64,000 bases of DNA. Origin: a bacterium (GTDB lineage Bacteria > Bdellovibrionota_C > UBA2361 > CALJRW01). The number at the start of each line of letters is the position of its first letter. Within the stretch, counting starts at the first letter, position 1. The translations under genes were made by a program, and so were the position numbers. The notes under the pieces are model-generated. The model searched no databases. It worked only from the letters and a program-made list of their open reading frames with translations, and had not been told where the DNA came from. The stretch covers positions 1 through 64,000 of the forward strand of contig JANNBC010000010.1 in NCBI GenBank assembly GCA_031385045.1. Reading direction: 5' to 3'. Below, piece after piece: positions 29,675 to 39,375 of the stretch.

Positions 29675-31666
29675 ATGAATAACAATCAACAATTAAAAAA
29701 ATTAGCTTTGAACATTCGAGTGCTTTCAGCTGCTGGTGTAGAAAAGGCGAATTCTGGACATCCGGGAATGCCAATGGGAACTGCGGATATCGCTGCTGTC
29801 ATGTGGTCGGAGTTTTTAAAGTTTAATCCCGCAGATACTGCTTGGCTAGGGCGGGATCGTTTTGTGCTTTCGGCTGGGCATGGTTCAATGTTGTTATATT
29901 CTTTATTGCATCTATTCCAATTTAATCTGCCAATGGAGGAGCTAAAAAAGTTTCGTCAATTTGGAAGTTTAACTCCTGGGCATCCAGAGTTTGGTGTAAC
30001 TTCTGGAGTTGAAGTTACTACTGGGCCTTTGGGTCAAGGGTTTGCTAATGGAGTCGGCATGGCTTTGTCTGCAAAAATGTATCAAGCTAAATATCAAACA
30101 GATTTATTAGCTCATAATATTTATGGAATTGTGAGTGATGGTGATTTGATGGAAGGTGTAACGGCGGAAGCTGCTTCACTTGCTGGTCATTGGAAATTAG
30201 ATAATCTGATTTATGTTTATGATGACAATGACATCTCCATTGGTGGACACACTGATATCTGTTTTACCGAAGATGTGCCGGCAAGGTTTCGTGCCTATGG
30301 CTGGAAGGTTTATGAGGTTGATGGGCATGATTTTGATCAATTACGAACTGCCTTAACAGCTGCTCGAGATCAAAAAGAGGCTCCGGCATTAATTTGTGCT
30401 CATACCAAGATTGGTTTTGGAAGTCCGAATAAAAACAATACTGCTGAGGTTCACGGTGCACCATTAGGAAGAGAAGAGTTGGAGCTTTCCAAAAAGAATC
30501 TGGGTTGGACACATGCCGAGGAATTTTTTGTTGATCCTGATGTTCGTGTTTTCTGTCAGCAAGTAATTGATCAAAATCAAAAAACAGCGGGAGCTTGGGA
30601 GCAGAGCTTTAAGGACTGGCAAAAGAGCAACGTTCAGCTAGCTACTAAATTACAAACTCAATTAAGTAAGGAAATCTCTGCTGAGTTAGAGAATGAACTT
30701 TTTGCGGAGCTTGGCAAGATTGAGAAGGATGCCACGCGCAATATTTCTGGAAAGGCGATTCAAGTGATTGCCAAGCATTTGCCTGGGTTTGCTGGAGGGT
30801 CAGCTGATCTAGAACCTTCCACTAAAACCTTAATTAAAGATTCAGGAGATGTTGAAGCGGGTAGTTTTGTTCATTCTAACTTACGCTACGGGGTTAGAGA
30901 ACATGCCATGGGTTCAATTGCTAATGGTTTTGCATATAGCGGCGGATGGTTTCCTTACACGGCAACTTTTCTAGTATTCTCAGATTACATGAGACCGCCA
31001 ATGCGTTTGGCGGCGCTTTCTCATCTACAATCATTGTTTATCTTTACGCATGATTCATTTTTTGTTGGGGAAGATGGCCCAACACATCAGCCGATTGAAC
31101 ATCTTTCTGTGCTTAGAGCTATCCCAAGGCTTGATGTTTATCGTCCCGCCGATGGTTTAGAAACAGCAGCCTGTTACATTTCTAGTTTGAAGCGCCAGAA
31201 TCATCCAGCGGCTTTGTTGTTTACGCGTCAGGCAATTCCCGCATTGCAAAGAGAAGCAGGAGTTGGGCCGGCTGAAATAGCTAAGGGTGGTTATGTAGTT
31301 GCTAAATCAGAAGTTAGTGATTTAGTTTTAATTGCAAGTGGCTCGGAAGTTTCTTTGGCTCAAGAGTCCGCCAAGGCCTTAGAGGAAAATCAAGGTATTA
31401 AGGCACGCGTAGTTTCTATTCCTTGTTTAGAGATTTTCTTAGAGCAAGATTTAGCTTATCAAGAAAAAGTCATTCCAAACTCTGCTACTAAAGTCTTAAT
31501 TGAAGCAGGAAGTTCTTGGGGCTGGGGAAATGTTCTTGGGAAAGACGTGGTTTATATTACTAAGGATTCCTATGGTGCCTCTGCGCCGGATAAGGTCTTA
31601 GCAAAAGAATTTGGTTTTAGTGTTGAGAATGTTGTGGCACAAGTTTTAAAGAAGATTAAAAAATAA
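29675..31666 (+). CDS. tkt: Transketolase
   Basis: SGHPGMP, RDRFVLSAGHGS, DGDLMEG, GEDGPTHQP; ATG at 29675 preferred. Confidence 0.97.
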   Translation: MNNNQQLKKLALNIRVLSAAGVEKANSGHPGMPMGTADIAAVMWSEFLKFNPADTAWLGRDRFVLSAGHGSMLLYSLLHLFQFNLPMEELKKFRQFGSLTPGHPEFGVTSGVEVTTGPLGQGFANGVGMALSAKMYQAKYQTDLLAHNIYGIVSDGDLMEGVTAEAASLAGHWKLDNLIYVYDDNDISIGGHTDICFTEDVPARFRAYGWKVYEVDGHDFDQLRTALTAARDQKEAPALICAHTKIGFGSPNKNNTAEVHGAPLGREELELSKKNLGWTHAEEFFVDPDVRVFCQQVIDQNQKTAGAWEQSFKDWQKSNVQLATKLQTQLSKEISAELENELFAELGKIEKDATRNISGKAIQVIAKHLPGFAGGSADLEPSTKTLIKDSGDVEAGSFVHSNLRYGVREHAMGSIANGFAYSGGWFPYTATFLVFSDYMRPPMRLAALSHLQSLFIFTHDSFFVGEDGPTHQPIEHLSVLRAIPRLDVYRPADGLETAACYISSLKRQNHPAALLFTRQAIPALQREAGVGPAEIAKGGYVVAKSEVSDLVLIASGSEVSLAQESAKALEENQGIKARVVSIPCLEIFLEQDLAYQEKVIPNSATKVLIEAGSSWGWGNVLGKDVVYITKDSYGASAPDKVLAKEFGFSVENVVAQVLKKIKK

Positions 31667-31668
31667 AC

Positions 31669-33231
31669 TTGATCTTAAACAAGCCTTACCAAATTAGTTT
31701 TCAAGATATTACTATCTTAATCTGTTTGCTGGGCTTGGTTTTCCTTAAGTTCCCATTTTTTGCAGATGATCCAGGTCTTGGATGGCATTTAAAGACGGGA
31801 GAGTTTGTCTCGCTTTACAAACAAATCCCCGCTAGTGATCCCTTTACTTTTTCAACATTTGGCAAGCCTTGGCTTGTTGACCAATGGTTTGCTGATTGGA
31901 TTCTTTATCAATTCTTAAATATTGGCGATTGGCCATTACTGTATTTATTTACAGCCTTAGTAATAATCTATACTTTTCTTTATTTACCCTTTCGACGTTT
32001 AGTATCAGAATCAAATAGTCGATACTTATTCGCCTCGCTTCTTGTTTTGTTCTCTTTTTATTTATCCCAGATTCATTTTTTAATTCGTCCCGTCGTTTTT
32101 AGTTTCTTATCTTTTCAGATTATTCTGGGAGTGTTCGAAGTAATTGCCAAAAAACAATTTGCCAGCAAATTTGATTTTCTAAAGGTTGCCCTGATTGTTA
32201 TCTTTTGGGTTAATACACATCCAAGTTTTTTATTAGTCTGGATTCTCTTTCTTTGTTTATTGATCGATCGATGTTGGGGAGAAAAGAATGGTCTTAGGTT
32301 ATCTTTTAGTTTTTATCTTAAACTTTTCTGTTTGATCTTAGTCTCAACACTCCTTAATCCGAAACCTTTGGAGCTTTATTCTTCAATGTTAAGTCTAAGT
32401 GTTGGGCAGGCTGGAAATCCGATTTTTGAAGAGTGGCAGGCTCCCAAATGGCCGATGGTGGTAGTCATACTACTACCAATCCTGTTAATTGTTAGTACGT
32501 TTTTCTGGGGACAGAGGCGTTTAATAGCGAAGAATTTATGGTTAGTTTTGTTCACAATTATTCTCGGCTTGATGGCAATTAAAGCAGTGCGCTTTGTACC
32601 TTATTATGCGATGGCGATAGTGCCAGTTATTTATTTACTGTTGCCTAGTGTATTTTTACCTAAAGACAATCAACGCAGGCCGTATTCCATAACCTGGGAG
32701 ATTATTGTCACAGCTTGGACTAGGCTTAATCAGCGAGAACAAGGAAGAAGTGCCGGGAGCATTGGTCTGCTAATTGCTTTTAGTCTGCTACTGGCTTCCT
32801 TTTTCTTTCAGAGGATTCCTGGATATCAAGGAGATTTAGGCCCTAGTAAAGAAGTGTTTCCCTATGCCGCAGTTAGCAGTATTTTGCAGAAGAGTGCTAG
32901 TCAGTCCGAGGTTCGTGTTCTAAATGACATAAACTTTGGAGGTTTTTTAATTGGTTGGGGTGGGAATAAAATTAGAGCTTTTGTTGATGATCGAGCTTCG
33001 CTACATGGGATTGAGCGATATCAGGAAATGTCAGCTTATCTGACCCCTCAAAAAATTAAAAAATATGCACTTCAGTATGGTGCTGATTATCTTTTATTAG
33101 AATATAATCAGCGCAATCAAACGCTGATCGACTATTTTAAATTATATCAAAAAGACAGTATAGTCTTGTTAACGCAGCAAGCAATTTTAATTGAGACAAA
33201 ACTACTAGGGGATTTTTCGAAAGATGTCTAA
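31669..33231 (+). CDS. Polytopic membrane protein, possible GT-C-fold glycosyltransferase
   Basis: DDPGLGWHLKTGE after TM1, RP, WVNTH, EEW, FVDDR; many TMs. Confidence 0.6.
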   Translation: MILNKPYQISFQDITILICLLGLVFLKFPFFADDPGLGWHLKTGEFVSLYKQIPASDPFTFSTFGKPWLVDQWFADWILYQFLNIGDWPLLYLFTALVIIYTFLYLPFRRLVSESNSRYLFASLLVLFSFYLSQIHFLIRPVVFSFLSFQIILGVFEVIAKKQFASKFDFLKVALIVIFWVNTHPSFLLVWILFLCLLIDRCWGEKNGLRLSFSFYLKLFCLILVSTLLNPKPLELYSSMLSLSVGQAGNPIFEEWQAPKWPMVVVILLPILLIVSTFFWGQRRLIAKNLWLVLFTIILGLMAIKAVRFVPYYAMAIVPVIYLLLPSVFLPKDNQRRPYSITWEIIVTAWTRLNQREQGRSAGSIGLLIAFSLLLASFFFQRIPGYQGDLGPSKEVFPYAAVSSILQKSASQSEVRVLNDINFGGFLIGWGGNKIRAFVDDRASLHGIERYQEMSAYLTPQKIKKYALQYGADYLLLEYNQRNQTLIDYFKLYQKDSIVLLTQQAILIETKLLGDFSKDV

Positions 33232-34480
33232 GGATCATAAACTTTCTACTAAATATTCTGTTTTCTTTATTTTACTTTGTCTTTTGGGATCTTGGATTTC
33301 CTGGCAGACTGTAATTGTTCACTTTCAGACTAAAAATGGCTTAGCTGGCGCCGGCGGAGTTTGTAATATTAGCCAAGAGTTTAATTGTCAGGCAGTTGTT
33401 AATAGTAATTGGTCGACAATTGCAGGTTTGCCACTAGGAGCTTTTGGAATTGTATTTTACTTAAGTTTGATTTGCTTGCTTTTGCAATCCTACTACTCCA
33501 AATTTTGGTCGCAGCGTCAATTATTTATTCTTTATACTCCGGCTCTAATCCTTTCCGCGCTAGCTTCGATCTTCTTGTTTTGTATTTCTAAGTTTGTTGT
33601 TCAAGTTATTTGTCCTTTGTGCTTGATGTTGTATTTGGTTAGTTTCTTGCTGTTAATTTTAGTCATTGTTGTGATTAGGCAGAGTGAAGGTACAGTTCTC
33701 GCTGTTGTCTTTCGGGAATATCGTCAGCTGATTATTGATTTTAAGAATGCTTTAGTTCAAATCAAAATAGCAGCTCTGGGAGAATATTTACTTAGTCTGG
33801 GATTAATTGCTGTGACAATTCTGGGTATTATGGTTGCACTACGATTTTCAGAGTATAATTATAAGACTCAAGTAGTTTCTTGGCCGGTAAAAGAAAAATT
33901 GGCAATTGATCTGAAATTGGAGCCAGGGATAAATTCTGATTATTATTTTGGAGATCTTACAGCTCCAATTCAGATTGTGGAGTTCGCTGATTTTCAATGT
34001 CCCTTTTGTAGAATGCTTGGCAGTCAAGTTAAAGATTGGCTAAGTGGCTATCAAGGCAAATATTATTTTGTCTATCTAAACTATCCACTCGATCAATCTT
34101 GTAATCCCGATATGAAACGTCCTCTCCATCAGGTAGCTTGCTACCTAGCTGAACTTAGTCGTTGCGCTGGTGAGCAAGGGAAATTTTGGGAGGCCTACTA
34201 TTATTTGGTCCGACTAGATGAGGAGTCTTTTCAGGGTGGGGTGCGCGAAGGGGAAGAGCAAATCTTACAGAAACTTCTGCCGTTTGCTGGATTAGAAGAG
34301 TCCGCCGTTAGATCTTGTTTGGATTCAGGGCGCCAAATAGTTAATATTCAAGAGGACATTCAGCGCGCTCGAATGCACCAAGTAACGGGAACACCAGCAC
34401 TTTTTATTAATGGTCAAAAAGTTAGTAATATCTCGGAAAGAACCATTCATAATATTATGGATAAAATTTTAGAAAAATGA
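33224..34480 (+). CDS. VKOR-DsbA/thioredoxin fusion
   Basis: CNIS..FNC..V..S.WS, ICPLC, EFADFQCPFC, GTPALFING. Confidence 0.92.
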   Translation: MSKDHKLSTKYSVFFILLCLLGSWISWQTVIVHFQTKNGLAGAGGVCNISQEFNCQAVVNSNWSTIAGLPLGAFGIVFYLSLICLLLQSYYSKFWSQRQLFILYTPALILSALASIFLFCISKFVVQVICPLCLMLYLVSFLLLILVIVVIRQSEGTVLAVVFREYRQLIIDFKNALVQIKIAALGEYLLSLGLIAVTILGIMVALRFSEYNYKTQVVSWPVKEKLAIDLKLEPGINSDYYFGDLTAPIQIVEFADFQCPFCRMLGSQVKDWLSGYQGKYYFVYLNYPLDQSCNPDMKRPLHQVACYLAELSRCAGEQGKFWEAYYYLVRLDEESFQGGVREGEEQILQKLLPFAGLEESAVRSCLDSGRQIVNIQEDIQRARMHQVTGTPALFINGQKVSNISERTIHNIMDKILEK

Positions 34481-34483
34481 TTA

Positions 34484-35563
34484 ATGCGTGAAATTTTTCT
34501 AAATTCCGAAGTTGATCGCATTTACGTTTCTATTGTTCATTATAATTCCTTAACGGCGCATAATCCAACTATCATTCGTAAGTCACTAGAGGCTCTGCTC
34601 TTACAAAGTGAATTCACTCTTGGTAAAAATTTGTTTATTCGAATTTGTGATAATGGATCAACAGATCAAACTGCTAATTTTTTACAAGATTTGGTTGCCG
34701 GACGAGATATTTACTTTCAAAACAATCCCGAAAATTTAGGATTCTCAGGGGCTCACAATCAAAGTGTTTATAAGTTCTTAAACTCTAATTGTAATTATTT
34801 ATTAATTCTTAATCCTGATTTAGTTTTGGACCCTAAGGCTATTTCTGAATTACTTGCTGGATTAAAAGCAAATCCACAAGCAGGGATTGCTGGCGCCAAG
34901 CTTTATCGCGGGGATGATAATTTAAATTTAGTTTCACCTCTGACTTTAGATTCTGCGGGAATGATCCTAACTAATAATTTACGACATCTAGATCGTGGCT
35001 CTGATCAGCCAGATCTGGGACAGTTTGATTTGCCAGAATTTGTTTTTGGGATCACTGGTGCCTGTCAGTTAATTAAGAAGGCTGCTGTTCAGAAATTATT
35101 ATTACCAGTTAATCCCTATCAAAACTGCCTCTATCAGATTTATCCGCAACTTCAAGCTGGCCTGGCTGAGCGCTATGAGTTATTTGATGAATCTTTTTTT
35201 GCCTATCGTGAAGATGCTGATTTATGCTGGCGAGCTAATAACCAAGGCATAAAATCATTCTATCAACCAAGGGCTACCGGCATTCATCGTCGGGTAGTCT
35301 TACCAACTAATCGTAAAAAGTTATCCTCTGATTTAAATTATCTCGGTGTGCGTAATCGATTTCTTTTACAGATTAATAATTATTCCTTTGGCAAGAAACC
35401 TCAAGCGCTACTTCCCGGTATTGTTTTTCGAAATTTGCTAGTGATTGTTGCCAGTCTTACAGTGGAAAGAACATCTTGGCGAGCATTCTTAGATCTTCGC
35501 AAGCTATTTTTGCGCGCCTATAAAAATAGAAAAGTTCTTTTGGGGAGGTTAGTAAATGAATAA
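34484..35563 (+). CDS. Glycosyltransferase family 2
   Basis: DNGSTD, NLGFSGAHN, LNPD, FFAYREDADLCWR. Confidence 0.92.
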   Translation: MREIFLNSEVDRIYVSIVHYNSLTAHNPTIIRKSLEALLLQSEFTLGKNLFIRICDNGSTDQTANFLQDLVAGRDIYFQNNPENLGFSGAHNQSVYKFLNSNCNYLLILNPDLVLDPKAISELLAGLKANPQAGIAGAKLYRGDDNLNLVSPLTLDSAGMILTNNLRHLDRGSDQPDLGQFDLPEFVFGITGACQLIKKAAVQKLLLPVNPYQNCLYQIYPQLQAGLAERYELFDESFFAYREDADLCWRANNQGIKSFYQPRATGIHRRVVLPTNRKKLSSDLNYLGVRNRFLLQINNYSFGKKPQALLPGIVFRNLLVIVASLTVERTSWRAFLDLRKLFLRAYKNRKVLLGRLVNE

Positions 35564-36356
35564 ATTTGAAAATATTAGAGTGTTGATTACAGGAGCTTCT
35601 TCTGGAATTGGAGCAGAGTTTGCTAAGCAATTGGCAAAACTTGGGGCTAGCTTATTGTTAGTAGCACGGCGCGAGGACTTATTGCTTAAACTACAAGCTG
35701 AATTAATAGCAGCTGGAGCAAAAAAGGTAGAATATCTAGTTGCCGATTTAACTAATCCTACAGATTTAGCAAATCTGGTTACAAGAATTAATATAGAGCA
35801 GATTGACTTACTAATTAATAATGCCGGTAAGGGATCTTTTGGTTATTTTGAAACTCTAGCACTAGGTGATGAGTTAAATCAGATTAATCTTAATATTGTT
35901 GCGCCAGTTACTTTAGCGCATGCAGTTATTCCTCAAATGAAAGCTCGTAAATTTGGTGCAATTATTTCGGTATCTTCGATTGCTGCTTTTCAACCACTAC
36001 CATTAATGGCTACCTATGCTGCAACTAAATCATTTAATTTTATGCATGCTATTGCTCTTAGGGAAGAGCTGCGGCCTTTTGGAGTTAAAGTTTTAACTTT
36101 ATGTCCTGGACCAACAGCTACAGAATTTGGGGGAGTTGCTCGAGTACCTGGTACAATTAGTGGTATTGCCCGGGATGATGTGCAGATGGTTGTCAGTAAA
36201 ACTCTACGAGCGCTTGCTGGCAACTCCGCTTTTGTAGTTACTGGCACAAGATCTTTTTGGATGTCTTTGATGTCTAGGTTACTTCCAAAGTCTCTTACAA
36301 GTAGGCTTGTAGCAAATGGGCTTAGAAAGACTTTAGCTCAAGCTAATTTGCCATAG
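35556..36356 (+). CDS. Short-chain dehydrogenase/reductase
   Basis: TGASSGIG, NNAG, YAATK. Confidence 0.95.
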   Translation: MNKFENIRVLITGASSGIGAEFAKQLAKLGASLLLVARREDLLLKLQAELIAAGAKKVEYLVADLTNPTDLANLVTRINIEQIDLLINNAGKGSFGYFETLALGDELNQINLNIVAPVTLAHAVIPQMKARKFGAIISVSSIAAFQPLPLMATYAATKSFNFMHAIALREELRPFGVKVLTLCPGPTATEFGGVARVPGTISGIARDDVQMVVSKTLRALAGNSAFVVTGTRSFWMSLMSRLLPKSLTSRLVANGLRKTLAQANLP

Positions 36357-36452
36357 AAAGATAGAATTTTTTAATGTAAACCAACGTTCTATTTTAGCTT
36401 CTTGCTAAAAAGAACTAAAAATTAAGTGTTAAGTATCCGAAGATCTAGCTGA

Positions 36453-37898
36453 ATGACTAAAGAATTTTCAGCCCTACAAAGTTATGAATTTCAGCCAGAT
36501 ACTGTTCTGAAGGGCCGATTCTTGGTGAAGCAAAAAATTGCCACAGGTGGAATGGGAAATGTTTTTCTTTGCCAAGACTTAGCCGTAGGAATTCCTGTCG
36601 CGATTAAAATTTTACATCGTGTATTTCAAAACGATCTTGAGTACCTAAAAAGATTTAGCCAGGAAGTCGCCATCGCTTCACAGATTGAACATCCTAATGT
36701 TGTTAAGATTTTTGAACTCTTTCAGTCTACCGATCTAGTCTTTTTCTCCATGGAATATGTTTATGGTGAGTCATTAGATTTGCGCCTTAGAAGGAGTGAT
36801 TACTCCACGCAAGAGATTTCACGATTGATTATAGAAATAGCAGATGGCTTAAATGCGATCCATAAGCATAGTTTAATTCATCGGGATTTAAAGCCTGGAA
36901 ATATTATGTGTCAACCAGATCGTTCACATAAGATTATTGATTTTGGTGTTAGCAAATCTCCGACTTCTAAGTTGACGAAAAAAAATGTGCGCGTTGGTTC
37001 GATCTCGTATATTGCTCCAGAAATTTGGTTAGGTAAAAAAGCTGGACCATATTCTGATTTATATAGCTTGGGATGTCTGTTGTATGAAGTAGTAAATGGG
37101 CACGTACCTTTTCTTTCTGAGAATCCTTTAGAATTAATGAAGCAGCATTGCTCATTGCCCGTACCAGAATTTAAAAACGAAGTATCTCCCTGGATCCATG
37201 AGATCATCTTAAAATTATTAGCTAAAAATCCCATTGAAAGGCCAACTACAGAGGAGTTAATTGGACTTGTGCGAGCTAATAATCTGGAAAGCCAAAGTAT
37301 TCAGATTTTTGATTCTAATCATGATGCGCGCACAGTGCGGAGCGGTCAGTCAATGATTACAGTTGTGGATGGTTGGCAGGCGAATAAAGGGACTTTTGGC
37401 GCAGGTAGTTCTAAGCCGAAGGATCAAGATCCTTTAAGAACTCAGCGGCAACTAGTCCTTTCGTTAAAGGCAACTAGGCCTGCTCATTTAGAAAAAACAT
37501 TTAATAAGCTCGAACAAAATCGTCGCGGGAAAACCTTAGTCTTAAAACTTCCGATGAATTCTGCCTTGATTTTTAATTTTGAATTACCATCTAAAGATTT
37601 TTTATTCCTTGGTATCTTTTTAGGTTCGCTCAACTTATTTGATTGGTATTTAACTCATCAGGGAGTTAGTACTTTTGGCTTAATGGCGGAGGGAAACGAT
37701 TTCTTAAAGAGTATGATGATTAAGTTTGGCCCCAAAGAAGCATTACTATATGCCAAAGGAACAACAATTTTCATCGTCTTTTTATTAACGATTATGGCTC
37801 GTAAATCCAAGATGGTTAAAGATCTTGTTGGTTTCTTATCCTTAGTCTATTTAACTGCCGCTATTATTCCGTGGATTTATATACTTTATTATAAGTAG
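36453..37898 (+). CDS. Hanks-type Ser/Thr kinase with C-terminal DUF5658-like membrane domain
   Basis: HRDLKPGN, DFG, APE; C-terminal LNLFDWYLT...AEGN...K TM domain. Confidence 0.9.
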   Translation: MTKEFSALQSYEFQPDTVLKGRFLVKQKIATGGMGNVFLCQDLAVGIPVAIKILHRVFQNDLEYLKRFSQEVAIASQIEHPNVVKIFELFQSTDLVFFSMEYVYGESLDLRLRRSDYSTQEISRLIIEIADGLNAIHKHSLIHRDLKPGNIMCQPDRSHKIIDFGVSKSPTSKLTKKNVRVGSISYIAPEIWLGKKAGPYSDLYSLGCLLYEVVNGHVPFLSENPLELMKQHCSLPVPEFKNEVSPWIHEIILKLLAKNPIERPTTEELIGLVRANNLESQSIQIFDSNHDARTVRSGQSMITVVDGWQANKGTFGAGSSKPKDQDPLRTQRQLVLSLKATRPAHLEKTFNKLEQNRRGKTLVLKLPMNSALIFNFELPSKDFLFLGIFLGSLNLFDWYLTHQGVSTFGLMAEGNDFLKSMMIKFGPKEALLYAKGTTIFIVFLLTIMARKSKMVKDLVGFLSLVYLTAAIIPWIYILYYK

Positions 37899-37945
37899 CA
37901 CGATAAATTTTAAATAATCTTGTTGTGGTAAGGTGTGAGTTCTAA

Positions 37946-39367
37946 TTAGAGCTTGGGGCCGAGTAGTGTAGAGTATTTTTCAAGTTGCTTTCTTTGGTTC
38001 TTAATTAGCGTACTTAACTGTCGTTGTTGCTCTTTTACTGCCAGTGGTCCTGTGCTTCCCATAACTTTTCGCCTTTTGATAATATTTTTAGGATCAATAT
38101 AGGCATATAAATCGGCAGTAAATTTTTGTGAAAACTTTCGATACTCAGCAAGTGGTAGATCTAAAAGATATTTTTTTTGTTTAATTGCCAAAGGCACTAA
38201 TTGCCCAACAATCTGATGAGCATCTCGAAAGCTTAGGCCCTTAGTCGTTAGGTAGTCAGCTAGGTCCGTGGCGTTGGAGTAATCTGCATAGACTTCCTTG
38301 GAAATTTTTGTAGAGTTAAATTTTGTTTTTCGGAGTAATTGATTGATTAAAACTAATGATTGATTCCAGGTTTTTACTGAGTCGAAAAGCGGTTCTTTGT
38401 CTTCTTGTAGATCTTTGAAATATGTCTGTGAAAGTCCTTTTAGGATGGTTAACAATCTAATCAGGTTACCATTAATTCGCCCAGACTTGCCTCGCACCAG
38501 TTCCAGTAAATCAGGATTTTTCTTTTGAGGCATCATGGAGCTTGTTTGGCAAAACTCATCGGGTAATTCTACAAAGGAAAACTCTTGAGAGGCCCAAAGA
38601 ATTAATTCTTCGCTTAGTCCTGAGAGATGCGTGAAACTAATAGCTGCTGCTGATAAGTATTCCAGTAAATGATCCCGGTCACTAACGCTATCCATGCTGT
38701 TAGCTGTTGGGCTACTAAAATTTAAAAGTCTTGCAGTGTATTCTCGATCGATTGCTAGCCCACTGCCAGCAAGCGCTCCGGCACCTAATGGACAACGGTT
38801 GAGTCTCTCCCAGCTGGATAATAATCGCTCCAGGTCGCGATTGAATTTCCAAGCATAGGCTAGAAGATAATGGCTAAGTAGTACTGGTTGAGCGCGTTGT
38901 AAGTGAGTGTAGCCAGGAATCATTTGATCGGCAGCCTGCGTAGCTATTGTAGCCAGAGTTTCGATTAGTTGAAGCAAGTTGTTGGCAGTTGTAACTAATT
39001 GGCGCCGTAAGTAGAGTCGAATATCAAGGGCTACTTGGTCATTTCGACTACGACCTGTATGAAGCTTGCCAGCTACTGCTCCAATTTTTTTATGGAGCAA
39101 GTCTTCGATGTTCATGTGCACATCTTCTAGTGACTCAGAGAATTTTAGTTTGCCTTGTTGAAATTCTTTTTGTAGATGCTTTAAACCTTTAATTATTTTT
39201 TGACCTTCACTTGGACTAACTAGTTTACTTTTAATTAACATTTGGCAGTGGGCAATAGACCCGAGGAGATCATCCTCCGCTAATTCTTGATCAAAACTAA
39301 TTGAAGCATTGAAGGAATCAAAAAGTTGAGATGTTTTTTCTCTTAGCCGACTGTTTCTTAAAACCAT
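37946..39367 (-). CDS. argH: Argininosuccinate lyase
   Basis: EDVHMNIE, HTGRSRNDQ, SSMMPQKKNPD; ATG at 39367 preferred. Confidence 0.97.
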   Translation of the reverse strand: MVLRNSRLREKTSQLFDSFNASISFDQELAEDDLLGSIAHCQMLIKSKLVSPSEGQKIIKGLKHLQKEFQQGKLKFSESLEDVHMNIEDLLHKKIGAVAGKLHTGRSRNDQVALDIRLYLRRQLVTTANNLLQLIETLATIATQAADQMIPGYTHLQRAQPVLLSHYLLAYAWKFNRDLERLLSSWERLNRCPLGAGALAGSGLAIDREYTARLLNFSSPTANSMDSVSDRDHLLEYLSAAAISFTHLSGLSEELILWASQEFSFVELPDEFCQTSSMMPQKKNPDLLELVRGKSGRINGNLIRLLTILKGLSQTYFKDLQEDKEPLFDSVKTWNQSLVLINQLLRKTKFNSTKISKEVYADYSNATDLADYLTTKGLSFRDAHQIVGQLVPLAIKQKKYLLDLPLAEYRKFSQKFTADLYAYIDPKNIIKRRKVMGSTGPLAVKEQQRQLSTLIKNQRKQLEKYSTLLGPKL

Positions 39368-39375
39368 ATCTGATC

